Source of the DNA: Dehalococcoidia bacterium
GTDB taxonomy: Bacteria; Chloroflexota; Dehalococcoidia; GIF9; UBA5629
NCBI GenBank assembly: GCA_050011565.1
Contig: JBEKIW010000003.1
Span: forward strand, 133,765-165,764
DNA length: 32,000 nt
Direction of reading: 5' to 3'
Below, piece by piece: positions 15,898-23,216 of this stretch. The notes under the pieces are model-generated. The model had not been told where the DNA came from, ran no database searches, and worked only from the letters and a program-made list of their open reading frames with translations. Every line of letters begins with the position of its first letter. The stretch's first letter is position 1. A program made the position numbers and the translations under genes.

Positions 15898-17982
15898 TTA
15901 TCTACCCGACGGCGGCGGTGGCCCTCCGACCCCGCGAGGGAAGCCGGTTACGACCGGCGCGCCGGTTATCTTCTCTTGACCTATTACTTTATCGCCCTCT
16001 TTCAAGCCGGACAATACCTCGGCAAATTGCAGGTTTTGACTACCGAGTGTGACCTCCCTTTTCTCCTGCTTGCCTGTAGCTTCATCGACTACCGTAACAA
16101 AAGACCCGGCAGAAGTGGTGGTAACTGCCGACAAGGGCACCAGCAGTACATTGGCCGCACCGGATATGGCGATATCAGCCGTGGCCGTAAGGCCGCCCTT
16201 GAGCGCCACGTCTGTAGGGTCAAGCTGGATGGTTACCGGAAATTTAACGACGTTGCTGGTGTTCGGCGTGCCGAAGGGTGAAATGAATGACACTTTGCCG
16301 GTGAACGTTTTATTCGGTACGGCATCCACGGAAATCGTCGCCTTTTGACCCGTCTTTATTTTCAGAATATCTATCTCGTCGACCTGCCCCTGAAACTTAA
16401 TCTGGCGGGTATCGACAAGTTGAACCGCAGTCTTGGAAGCATAGTCGATAGCGGAGAGCACATCATTTTTCTTGACGCCCACACTTACCACCGTGCCGTC
16501 GAACGGCGCCAGTATTACCGTCTTGAGGAAATTGTCCTTCGAGTTGCCCAGGCCAATTAAAGCGTTTGCCAGGTCCACGTGGTACTGCTGCTCATTTTTC
16601 AGAGACAGGCCATGCTGCAATACATAACCGTTGCTATCCAAAATGCTGTTGCAGATTTGCATGTAATGCAGCGCAATTCGCAGGTTGTCATTTAATTCAG
16701 GTGAGGTTAGTCCGCCGGTCTCTATGCCTTTCAGCGCGGCGTTCAGCTTGTCGGCAGCGGCTCCGTAGAAATACAGGCTTATGTCCTTTCCGTAAACGGT
16801 GGAATAGTTGTGCGCTTTTATCACATTTATATTGTTTCTGACCGCTTTACCTATATCGCCAACCTGCTTCAGCAGTGAGTTGAACATCGGGCTGGCTTGC
16901 TCGCCTTTACCTTGAGCTATCAATCCCCGGACGGTCTCTATATCCGCCTGCCCCTGCTTTATTGTATCCACCACCTGGCGCAGTTGTACGATATAGGAGA
17001 CGGCGAACGACTGGTCCGTATTTATCTCTAGCAATATTATGTCGGTTTCGTTATCGGAGACTAACGGCGCCATGTTGCCCAACCCTGATTTCGGGTTATT
17101 TATGGCGTCTTCCAGTATCTGTATGCAGGCATCCAGGTCGGACAGTGCCACATATAATTCAGATGCCGCCGCGTCATAGCTTTTAATCTGGTACAACATG
17201 TTTGCGCGGTTGACCTCATCCTGCGCCCAATTAAAGGCCGACAGGGCCGTGGCATTCGGATAATAGTATGGAGAACTGGTGCCCAAATTATCACTATTCT
17301 GTTTAAGAGTGTATGTATTTTTGGTTATCGATTGAATTTGTCTATGTGTAGTCTGAAATTTATCACCTGTGTCAAGATCTGGTACCGCAGCGTCTACTGT
17401 AGTATTTGTAATGGTTATTACTTCGGTCACTATCGAGGTACCCGGTTCACCGCTGTCGCTGGTAGTCGTACTTGTTGATGAACTTGTGGTAGGTCCAGAT
17501 GCGAGAGGAGGGGTGGCACTTGAATCGTATACTGTCACGCTTGTTGTGTCGGGAAATGAACCAGAACTGGTAGATGAAGTTTGAAGATTCTTTTCATATA
17601 TATAGTTCCGAAACTGGGGCAGCAGCGGCACGTTTTCATACAGCTTGCTCAATACCGTCTGCACATTATTGTTGGAGGATTCGACGCCCAATTTTTCAGT
17701 AGTATTATTCAGCGTCGCCAGCACAGTCCCTTCTTTAACGAAATCGCCTTCTTCCACGAACACGTCCTGGACATCTCCCGGCGCACCGAAGAGCAAATTG
17801 TACGCCTGAGGCATCACCAGGTTGCCATCAACCGAGGTAGATACCGTCAGATTGCCTGACCGCACGGTAGTCACCTGCGTGGCTGCTGCCGGCGTCGTTG
17901 TTTTTGGAGCGCAGCCAATACCGGAAATAAGCAAAGCAGCTACACAAATAACGGAGGCTAGACTTTTAACTAATTTAGACAT
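15898..17982 (-). CDS. HlyD-family membrane-fusion/periplasmic adaptor protein, very long form (paralog 2), probable lipoprotein
   Basis: The track ORF starts at TTG 18009 (703 aa). I prefer ATG 17982 (MSKLVKSLASVICVAALLISGIGC...), which gives a typical-length signal peptide. The lipoyl halves (VEEGDFVKEGTVLATLN and ILAPFDGTVVS) are separated by about 390 aa, including a Ser/Thr-rich tract. Confidence 0.8.
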   Translation of the reverse strand: MSKLVKSLASVICVAALLISGIGCAPKTTTPAAATQVTTVRSGNLTVSTSVDGNLVMPQAYNLLFGAPGDVQDVFVEEGDFVKEGTVLATLNNTTEKLGVESSNNNVQTVLSKLYENVPLLPQFRNYIYEKNLQTSSTSSGSFPDTTSVTVYDSSATPPLASGPTTSSSTSTTTSDSGEPGTSIVTEVITITNTTVDAAVPDLDTGDKFQTTHRQIQSITKNTYTLKQNSDNLGTSSPYYYPNATALSAFNWAQDEVNRANMLYQIKSYDAAASELYVALSDLDACIQILEDAINNPKSGLGNMAPLVSDNETDIILLEINTDQSFAVSYIVQLRQVVDTIKQGQADIETVRGLIAQGKGEQASPMFNSLLKQVGDIGKAVRNNINVIKAHNYSTVYGKDISLYFYGAAADKLNAALKGIETGGLTSPELNDNLRIALHYMQICNSILDSNGYVLQHGLSLKNEQQYHVDLANALIGLGNSKDNFLKTVILAPFDGTVVSVGVKKNDVLSAIDYASKTAVQLVDTRQIKFQGQVDEIDILKIKTGQKATISVDAVPNKTFTGKVSFISPFGTPNTSNVVKFPVTIQLDPTDVALKGGLTATADIAISGAANVLLVPLSAVTTTSAGSFVTVVDEATGKQEKREVTLGSQNLQFAEVLSGLKEGDKVIGQEKITGAPVVTGFPRGVGGPPPPSGR

Positions 17983-18017
17983 GTCTGTATTTTGCTTCGC
18001 TGTTTTCAATGAAATTT

Positions 18018-18052
18018 ACTCTAACAGGGAAATATTAAGATATTATTAAGAT
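18018..18052 (-). promoter_or_regulatory. tandem 11-bp direct repeat plus -10 element upstream of the adaptor/ABC operon (site a)
   Basis: The minus strand reads ATCTTAATAAT ATCTTAATATT tccctgt TAGAGT. This is the same architecture as sites b, c and d (22630, 22114, 23217). Confidence 0.5.
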
Positions 18053-18115
18053 AGCAATTTTTAGGCGATAATAAAAGTGAAACGACTTTCTATAACCTAT
18101 TTTGCGCAAGTTAAT

Positions 18116-18145
18116 ATTATACGTCTCCAACCGTTTATTTGGCAA
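18116..18145 (-). promoter_or_regulatory. second candidate sigma70-type promoter upstream of the adaptor/ABC operon
   Basis: On the minus strand: TTGCCA (18145..18140), an 18-nt spacer, then TATAAT (18121..18116). It lies about 65 nt upstream of the direct-repeat site. Confidence 0.4.
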
Positions 18146-18212
18146 ACCAATCCCTGCTCGACCCACTGCCTGTATTCGTAACCTCATTAAATCGCTTCAT
18201 CATTCGATGCCC

Positions 18213-18244
18213 GTAAAAAGAAGAGGGGAAGAATTCCTCCCCCC
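18213..18244 (-). terminator. intrinsic terminator after the 18278..19045 gene
   Basis: GC-rich hairpin GGGGAAGAATTCCTCCCC (18224-18241, one mismatch). On the minus-strand RNA it is followed by UCUUCUUUUU. Confidence 0.5.
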
Positions 18245-18277
18245 TTCTACGACTGACTCCGGCTGCAGATAATGTTT

Positions 18278-19045
18278 CTAATATGTCGTTGGACTGGCAC
18301 CTGTCTGGGGGTTTTGAGTTCCTTGAAATCTATGCCACGGCCCTCCACCCCGTTGCCCAGGTGATTTAGGTTCAGGCAGTGGAACATCGGGTTTTGCCGC
18401 CAGCCATGCCTTGAAAGCATCATACTGCGCCTGGGTTATTTTGCCGTCTTTCAACAGCTGGTCTAAGTTTCCGGGGCGGACTCCTACTCCGGGGACATCC
18501 GGCCTGGAGGCAAGCCATGCCTTCAAACTATCGGCCTGCTCTTGAGTCAATTTGCCATTTTCCACCAGGTTCTGAAGTCCGGCGTCGGGTCTTTGCGCAC
18601 CCCATCCCGGTCCAGGCTGTCCCAACGGCAACGGAACATCCGGTTTCGCATCCATCCACGCTTTGTACGCTTCATACTGCTCTTGAGTTATTTTGCCGTC
18701 TTTTAATAGCTGGTCCATGTTTCTGGGATTGACTCCAGGGAGAACCGGTTTGGAGTCCAGCCAGGCCTTCAATTTATCGGCCTGGTCTTGTGTCAGCTTC
18801 CCGCTGGTTACCAGGTTCTGAAGCCCGGTATTCTGCCTTTCCGTACGCATTTCTGAAACGGCTTGCTTGAACGCATCCGTTAACTTCTGTACGTCGATGT
18901 TCAATATCTGGGCAACCCTGGCTAGTAATCCGTTTGACTTTCCCTGGGTGTTTTGCCCATCATCGGCAAGTACTACACCTGCAGAACCAGCCATCATCGT
19001 AACCGCCAGTATGCTTGATAACAGCAATTTCGTAATTTTCCTCAC
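18278..19045 (-). CDS. secreted LTXXQ-motif repeat protein (CpxP/Spy-like?), internally duplicated
   Basis: 255 aa. The start is GTG with an AAGGAGG SD. It has an N-terminal signal peptide, four (L/I)TQxQ motifs, and two units of about 69 aa (GLQNLV..GKLTQ.QAD.LKAWL.S.P..PGV......DQLLKDGKITQ.QY.A.KAW..AKPDVPLP). Confidence 0.75.
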   Translation of the reverse strand: MRKITKLLLSSILAVTMMAGSAGVVLADDGQNTQGKSNGLLARVAQILNIDVQKLTDAFKQAVSEMRTERQNTGLQNLVTSGKLTQDQADKLKAWLDSKPVLPGVNPRNMDQLLKDGKITQEQYEAYKAWMDAKPDVPLPLGQPGPGWGAQRPDAGLQNLVENGKLTQEQADSLKAWLASRPDVPGVGVRPGNLDQLLKDGKITQAQYDAFKAWLAAKPDVPLPEPKSPGQRGGGPWHRFQGTQNPQTGASPTTY

Positions 19046-19115
19046 TTTTTTAGCCTCCTTGGTTTTACTTGAACAGTTATTATAACAATAGATTGTTTCC
19101 CGAAATTAGTCTTTT

Positions 19116-19136
19116 TGTAAAATCTATGTAAAATCC
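19116..19136 (-). promoter_or_regulatory. tandem 11-bp direct repeat, variant core (GATTTTACATA GATTTTACAAA on the minus strand)
   Basis: Seen directly. It lies about 31 nt upstream of a TATAAT (19084..19079) that precedes the 19045 gene. The core TTTTACA differs from TTAAYA by one position or an indel. Confidence 0.3.
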
Positions 19137-19155
19137 AGCGGAGCTTAAAAGAATC

Positions 19156-20871
19156 TTATGAAGAACCGGGGCTTGACCCCCAGTCACCTTCTTCGCGATA
19201 GACATACTTTCCGCCCCTGAGCCAGGAGGCACCTGCCGCAATGAGACACATCACTATGGAGAAGATTAAAACTTCGACCAGCCCATGATCGAACGCACCG
19301 GATATTAGCTGAGGGAAGAATGTCCTAGAGGTAATGGTGGCTGCCTGAGCTGGCGGCAAGGCATGAAGCACCTGCGGGGGAATCAGTGTGCCGAGAGGAT
19401 TGTAGCCCAGGAACGCGGCGAATAAATAGGTTATGGCCGGCACATCAGCTAGCCGCTGCGCAATCGGCGCCGGCATGCCCTGCTGCGTCAGCCCGCCGTA
19501 CATAGCGGACGGCACCAAGGCGTTCATACCCAATATCATGAAAGAGAAGAAGATGGTTATCGATAAGGGCATTCCGGCATTAATCAGCGTGGCTCGCATG
19601 CCGGAACTCACACCACGATGCCGTGCTGGTACGCTGTTCATAATAGCCGCTGTATTGGGCGCGGTAAACATGCCCATAGCCACACCGTTAAGCAGAATTA
19701 ATACAGCGAAGGCAGGATAGGAGAAATTTACCGGCAGGACTATCATCAGCCCGAAGCTGATGGCAGCCAGCAGCATGCCGCCGGTGGCAAAATAGCGCGC
19801 ACCGTATCTATCGGAAAGGCGACCGAAAAGAGGTCCGGCTACGAGAAACCCGATGCTCATGGGTACCATGTAAATTCCGGCCCACAGAGGTGTTACCTCG
19901 AAGTCGTAGCCGCGCATAGGCAGCCAGATACCCTGCAGCCAGATTACCAGCATAAACATCAGCCCGCCTCGCGCCACCGAAGCCAGGAACCCGGCGACAT
20001 TGCCGGCAGCGAAAGCCCGGATGCGGAATAAGTTAAGCCGGAACATCGGCACCCGCACCCGTCGTTCAATAAAAATAAAAGCAACTAAGAGAACAATTCC
20101 TCCTATAAGCATGCCTAAAACAAAGGGTGTGGTCCAGCTCATCAAAGAAGCACCGCTCGGATTGATACCGTAGGTAATGCCGGTCAATAACATGCTGAGA
20201 CCGGCGGCAAAGGTGATGTTGCCCAACCAGTCAATCGGCTCGCGTTTCCTGATACCGATTTCCTTAAGCGACAGGTAAGCCCAAACGGTTCCTATAATAC
20301 CTATGGGCACATTGAACAGAAAGACCCAACGCCATCCTATTTCCGCCAGCAATCCACCGACCAGTATGCCCAGTAAACTACCGGCGATGCCGGCCACCTG
20401 GTTTAGTCCTAGAGCCATACCGCGCTGCTCCACCGGAAAAGCGTCGGTGAGTATGGCTGCCGAATTAGCGAACAGGAACGCGCTGCCGATTCCCTGGACC
20501 ACGCGAAAGATAATCAACTCCACAGCTCCGGCAGGCCCGGTGCTCCAAGTGACGGCACATAGAAGTGAACCAATAGTGAAGATGGCGAACCCGAGGTTAT
20601 ACATTCGGGTCCGGCCAAAAAGGTCGCCCAGCCGGCCGAAGGTGACCACGAGAACTGCCAGTACCAGCATATAACCTACTAGCAGCCAGAGCAAGTAGGT
20701 GAAGCTGTTAGGGGCCAGTGGGTTAATGCCGATGCCCCTAAAGATGACCGGAAGCGCCAGGATTAAGCTGGATGAATTGAGGAAAGCCAGCAGTACAGCT
20801 AATGTCGTATTCGACAGGGCAATCCACTTATAAGTACTGCTAACCGGTGATTGGGTCGAGTCTATTTCCAT
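19156..20871 (-). CDS. MFS transporter, DHA2 (EmrB/QacA-like, about 14 TMS) family
   Basis: 571 aa and highly hydrophobic throughout. It has the MFS motif A-like sequence FGRLGDLFGRTRMY after TM2. The length fits 14-TMS drug:H+ antiporters. Confidence 0.88.
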   Translation of the reverse strand: MEIDSTQSPVSSTYKWIALSNTTLAVLLAFLNSSSLILALPVIFRGIGINPLAPNSFTYLLWLLVGYMLVLAVLVVTFGRLGDLFGRTRMYNLGFAIFTIGSLLCAVTWSTGPAGAVELIIFRVVQGIGSAFLFANSAAILTDAFPVEQRGMALGLNQVAGIAGSLLGILVGGLLAEIGWRWVFLFNVPIGIIGTVWAYLSLKEIGIRKREPIDWLGNITFAAGLSMLLTGITYGINPSGASLMSWTTPFVLGMLIGGIVLLVAFIFIERRVRVPMFRLNLFRIRAFAAGNVAGFLASVARGGLMFMLVIWLQGIWLPMRGYDFEVTPLWAGIYMVPMSIGFLVAGPLFGRLSDRYGARYFATGGMLLAAISFGLMIVLPVNFSYPAFAVLILLNGVAMGMFTAPNTAAIMNSVPARHRGVSSGMRATLINAGMPLSITIFFSFMILGMNALVPSAMYGGLTQQGMPAPIAQRLADVPAITYLFAAFLGYNPLGTLIPPQVLHALPPAQAATITSRTFFPQLISGAFDHGLVEVLIFSIVMCLIAAGASWLRGGKYVYREEGDWGSSPGSS

Positions 20872-20921
20872 TTGAAAAGAAGAAACTACTTGCCTTTCTA
20901 TAGGGTCAAGCCAAACGGAAT

Positions 20922-20950
20922 ATTATCATCTATTTCACTTGCCCTGTCAA
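20922..20950 (-). promoter_or_regulatory. candidate promoter of the MFS gene
   Basis: On the minus strand: TTGACA (20950..20945), a 17-nt spacer, then GATAAT (20927..20922). It lies about 50 nt upstream of the ATG at 20871. Confidence 0.5.
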
Positions 20951-21066
20951 CAAACTTTTGTGGGTTGCTCAGTGTAGAAAGAAATGGCTCAGTCTGGGCA
21001 GTATTTAGTTGTTGTTATGTTTTTAATGACAACGAGTTCTCGTTTAGAGAATTATTTACTGGTTAT

Positions 21067-21264
21067 TTAACCAAGCTGGTTTCTGAACCAGGCGGCTATT
21101 ACCGATAATATAATGCTGAATGAGCCGAAACCAAAAGCAGCAGTCATCCTGGACCCGCTCGATAACATGGCTAACCCGACGAATCCCATAACCAGTCCCA
21201 GGCAGCCCACCACGAAGAGTATCCACACAGATATGGTCACCAGCGCTAACAACATTTTCGGCAT
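21067..21264 (-). CDS. small hypothetical membrane protein (2 TM helices)
   Basis: 65 aa with two hydrophobic segments. An AAGGAGG SD lies about 10 nt upstream of the ATG. Its G+C content is like the bulk genome. Confidence 0.55.
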   Translation of the reverse strand: MPKMLLALVTISVWILFVVGCLGLVMGFVGLAMLSSGSRMTAAFGFGSFSIILSVIAAWFRNQLG

Positions 21265-21457
21265 TGATTTTCTACCTCCTTTTTCTAACAGCGAATTAGC
21301 TTGGAAAAATTAACCTGACTGAGCTATTTCCACCAACGGACAGTGCGTGTATTTACACTATATTACTCTCCATTAGTAACCTTAGCAATATCTCTAGTAC
21401 ACGACTTCTTCACTTCAATGCCGGCATATCAATGAATAAAATGGACAAATGTTTCAA

Positions 21458-21916
21458 TTAATATACCTGACAATCTATTTCCTTAAGTGATTGAGGAGGG
21501 ACCGGTTCATCCTCTCTTGTTGATGGCAAAACAATTTCCTCCTTTAATTGTTTTCGCAAATTTATTGCTTCGCTCCAATCCAATTTAGCTATTTCACCAA
21601 TATATTCCTGAATTCGCTGATCACCGGAAAGAGCGTAGGTGGTAAGGCCATTACTATCGTGCTGGCCTATAAGAATGCCTTTTTCGACCAAGGCTGTCAT
21701 TGCATCCCTCAAGTTAATCCTTGCAGTATTCAACGCCCTGGCGACGGTGTAAAGACTCAATTTTGACTTGGGATGTCTTCCCCAGAAGCAGAGTAGCCTG
21801 AATTGTATACCACTGCAACCGATGTCTTTGAGAAATAATAGTAGATCGTAATTCACTATCCGATTTATTTTGTAGTCAGTTACCATGTCTGTTTTCTCCT
21901 TTTTCACAACTTTCAT
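21458..21916 (-). CDS. winged helix-turn-helix (MarR/ArsR-like) DNA-binding protein
   Basis: The central segment LSLYTVARALNTARINLRDAMTALVEKGILIGQHDSNGLTTYALS has a typical wHTH layout. A more likely start is the second ATG at 21886, preceded by an AAGGAG SD, giving 142 aa. The gene is AT-rich. Confidence 0.55.
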   Translation of the reverse strand: MKVVKKEKTDMVTDYKINRIVNYDLLLFLKDIGCSGIQFRLLCFWGRHPKSKLSLYTVARALNTARINLRDAMTALVEKGILIGQHDSNGLTTYALSGDQRIQEYIGEIAKLDWSEAINLRKQLKEEIVLPSTREDEPVPPQSLKEIDCQVY

Positions 21917-22113
21917 CTATACTTCGTCAACCCACTGATACGTCAATGGTAACAAGCAAATATTAATTTCTCGTTAAGATTTTAAGCTGGAACTATACAC
22001 TCTCGCTTACAATCAGCTGCCATATTTATCGCGGCTGCTAAGTATCAGCGTAAGTCTCATGGTGCGATAGATTACTACTCAGGCAACCTAGTCTTAAGAG
22101 ACACATCACATAA

Positions 22114-22148
22114 AAATTAACAGTTTTTTAACATTTGATGGTTATAAT
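22114..22148 (+). promoter_or_regulatory. tandem 11-bp direct repeat plus -10 element (site c) upstream of the zinc-ribbon gene
   Basis: AAATTAACAGT TTTTTAACATT tgatggt TATAAT. The two TTAACA cores lie at 22117-22122 and 22128-22133, exactly 11 bp apart. Confidence 0.5.
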
Positions 22149-22228
22149 TAAAGCATGATGATTCCACTCTTGACTGTATATCATTTGAACAAAGTTATGA
22201 GCGTATCCGTAAAAAGAGGATAACTCTT

Positions 22229-22612
22229 ATGCGGCAGATATATTTCTGTCCTAATTGTAGGGCACCAATCGGTTACAGTGATAGGTTTTGCGGTAACTGC
22301 GGTATTAACTTGAAGTGGGAGATACGACAAGTCTCACCTCACTCAATACCTTTATGGTACGATTGTCAGAATCCCGGCCAACAACAAACGTCGAGTAGTC
22401 AGCAGCCACAGTGTAATCAGCCACCCTATAATCAGGCATTGGTATCGGGATATGCGAATCAAAACCAGCAGCAATATGTGCATGGTAATCGTGCCACTAC
22501 CTCGTCAGGTAAGCGCTCACCGGTTGATGGCACCGCAAAACCAATAAGTTCTGAGATTTCCAAGCTGCTGGCAGACTTCTTCAACAAGCAGGCTAAATGC
22601 AGCTTAAGATAA
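22229..22612 (+). CDS. zinc-ribbon protein with Q/N/S-rich low-complexity C-terminal region
   Basis: 127 aa. The N-terminus CPNC-x12-CGNCG is a classic 4-Cys zinc ribbon. It is followed by a QQQTSSSQQPQCNQPPYNQ...NQNQQQ tract. Confidence 0.6.
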   Translation: MRQIYFCPNCRAPIGYSDRFCGNCGINLKWEIRQVSPHSIPLWYDCQNPGQQQTSSSQQPQCNQPPYNQALVSGYANQNQQQYVHGNRATTSSGKRSPVDGTAKPISSEISKLLADFFNKQAKCSLR

Positions 22613-22629
22613 GTGCCCGATACCAAAAA

Positions 22630-22664
22630 ATCTTAATCAGATTTTAATATTAGGTTGCTATGCT
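22630..22664 (+). promoter_or_regulatory. tandem 11-bp direct repeat plus -10 element (site b) upstream of the second LTXXQ gene
   Basis: ATCTTAATCAG ATTTTAATATT aggttgc TATGCT. It aligns position by position with site a. Confidence 0.5.
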
Positions 22665-22699
22665 TAAATCATCTACATAAGAAAGGAGGTGACACAGAA

Positions 22700-23128
22700 A
22701 TGCGGCTGAACAAAAAATTGATTATTATTGCGGTATCAGTGGCTGTGCTGCTAATCGGGAGCATCGCCGGGGTTGTACTGGCTGCAGGCAACGACAACAG
22801 CAATCAGTCTAATGCTCAAGGCGAGGACCTGTTGGCAAAGGTCTGCACCATATACCAGCAGAACACGGGCAACGCTATTGATGAAACAGCGCTCAAAAAC
22901 GCTTTCACTCAGGCTGAAAATGAGGCGCAGTTGGCGCGGGAGCAAACCCGCCTTAATGACCAGGTAACGCAGGGCAAGATAACCCAGGATCAGGCTGACC
23001 AGTATCTAAAGTGGTGGCAGTCGAGGCCCAATTTACCGGGTGGATTTGGCTTTGGTGGACCTGGTGGTTTCCCCGGTCGGGGTGCACCGTGCGTCCCACC
23101 TGCAACAGCTCCTAGCACGACACAATAG
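22700..23128 (+). CDS. secreted LTXXQ-motif protein (single-unit paralog of 18278..19045) with Gly/Pro-rich tail
   Basis: I place the start at ATG 22700 (MRLNKKLIIIAVSVAVLL...), 9 nt after an AAAGGAGGTG SD. The track ORF begins 15 codons earlier without an SD. It shares LLAKV..I....D...L..AF.QA and GKITQDQADQYLKWWQSRPNLPG with the 255-aa paralog. Confidence 0.75.
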   Translation: MRLNKKLIIIAVSVAVLLIGSIAGVVLAAGNDNSNQSNAQGEDLLAKVCTIYQQNTGNAIDETALKNAFTQAENEAQLAREQTRLNDQVTQGKITQDQADQYLKWWQSRPNLPGGFGFGGPGGFPGRGAPCVPPATAPSTTQ

Positions 23129-23157
23129 CTGACCAAACCTAGGACTTCTGCCTATAT

Positions 23158-23190
23158 TAGAGAGGGAGAGAAATATTCTCTCCCTCTCTA
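23158..23190 (+). terminator. intrinsic terminator after the LTXXQ gene
   Basis: Perfect 14-bp stem TAGAGAGGGAGAGA-aatat-TCTCTCCCTCTCTA, followed by an A/T-rich tract (attattgtatat). Confidence 0.6.
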
Positions 23191-23216
23191 ATTATTGTAT
23201 ATAGGGCTTAAAAATA

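Noticed and set aside
21031-21044. Palindrome AACGAG-TT-CTCGTT upstream of the MFS promoter, considered as an operator
   Set aside because: It occurs only once in the window, with no second copy near other promoters and no way to link it to a regulator from sequence alone. It is mentioned only as context in the finding on the AT-rich pocket.
22155-22223. 22-codon upstream ORF (MMIPLLTVYHLNKVMSVSVKRG) in the 5' UTR of the zinc-ribbon gene
   Set aside because: It has no SD, no amino acid bias suggestive of a regulatory leader and no associated terminator hairpin. It is likely to be chance in AT-rich sequence.
22655-22699. Upstream start (MLCLNHLHKKGGDTE...) of the second LTXXQ protein
   Set aside because: The strong SD AAAGGAGGTG lies inside this extension, 9 nt before the ATG at 22700. 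Starting at 22700 also yields a normal signal peptide, and the proposed -10 (22659-22664) would put the TSS downstream of 22655.
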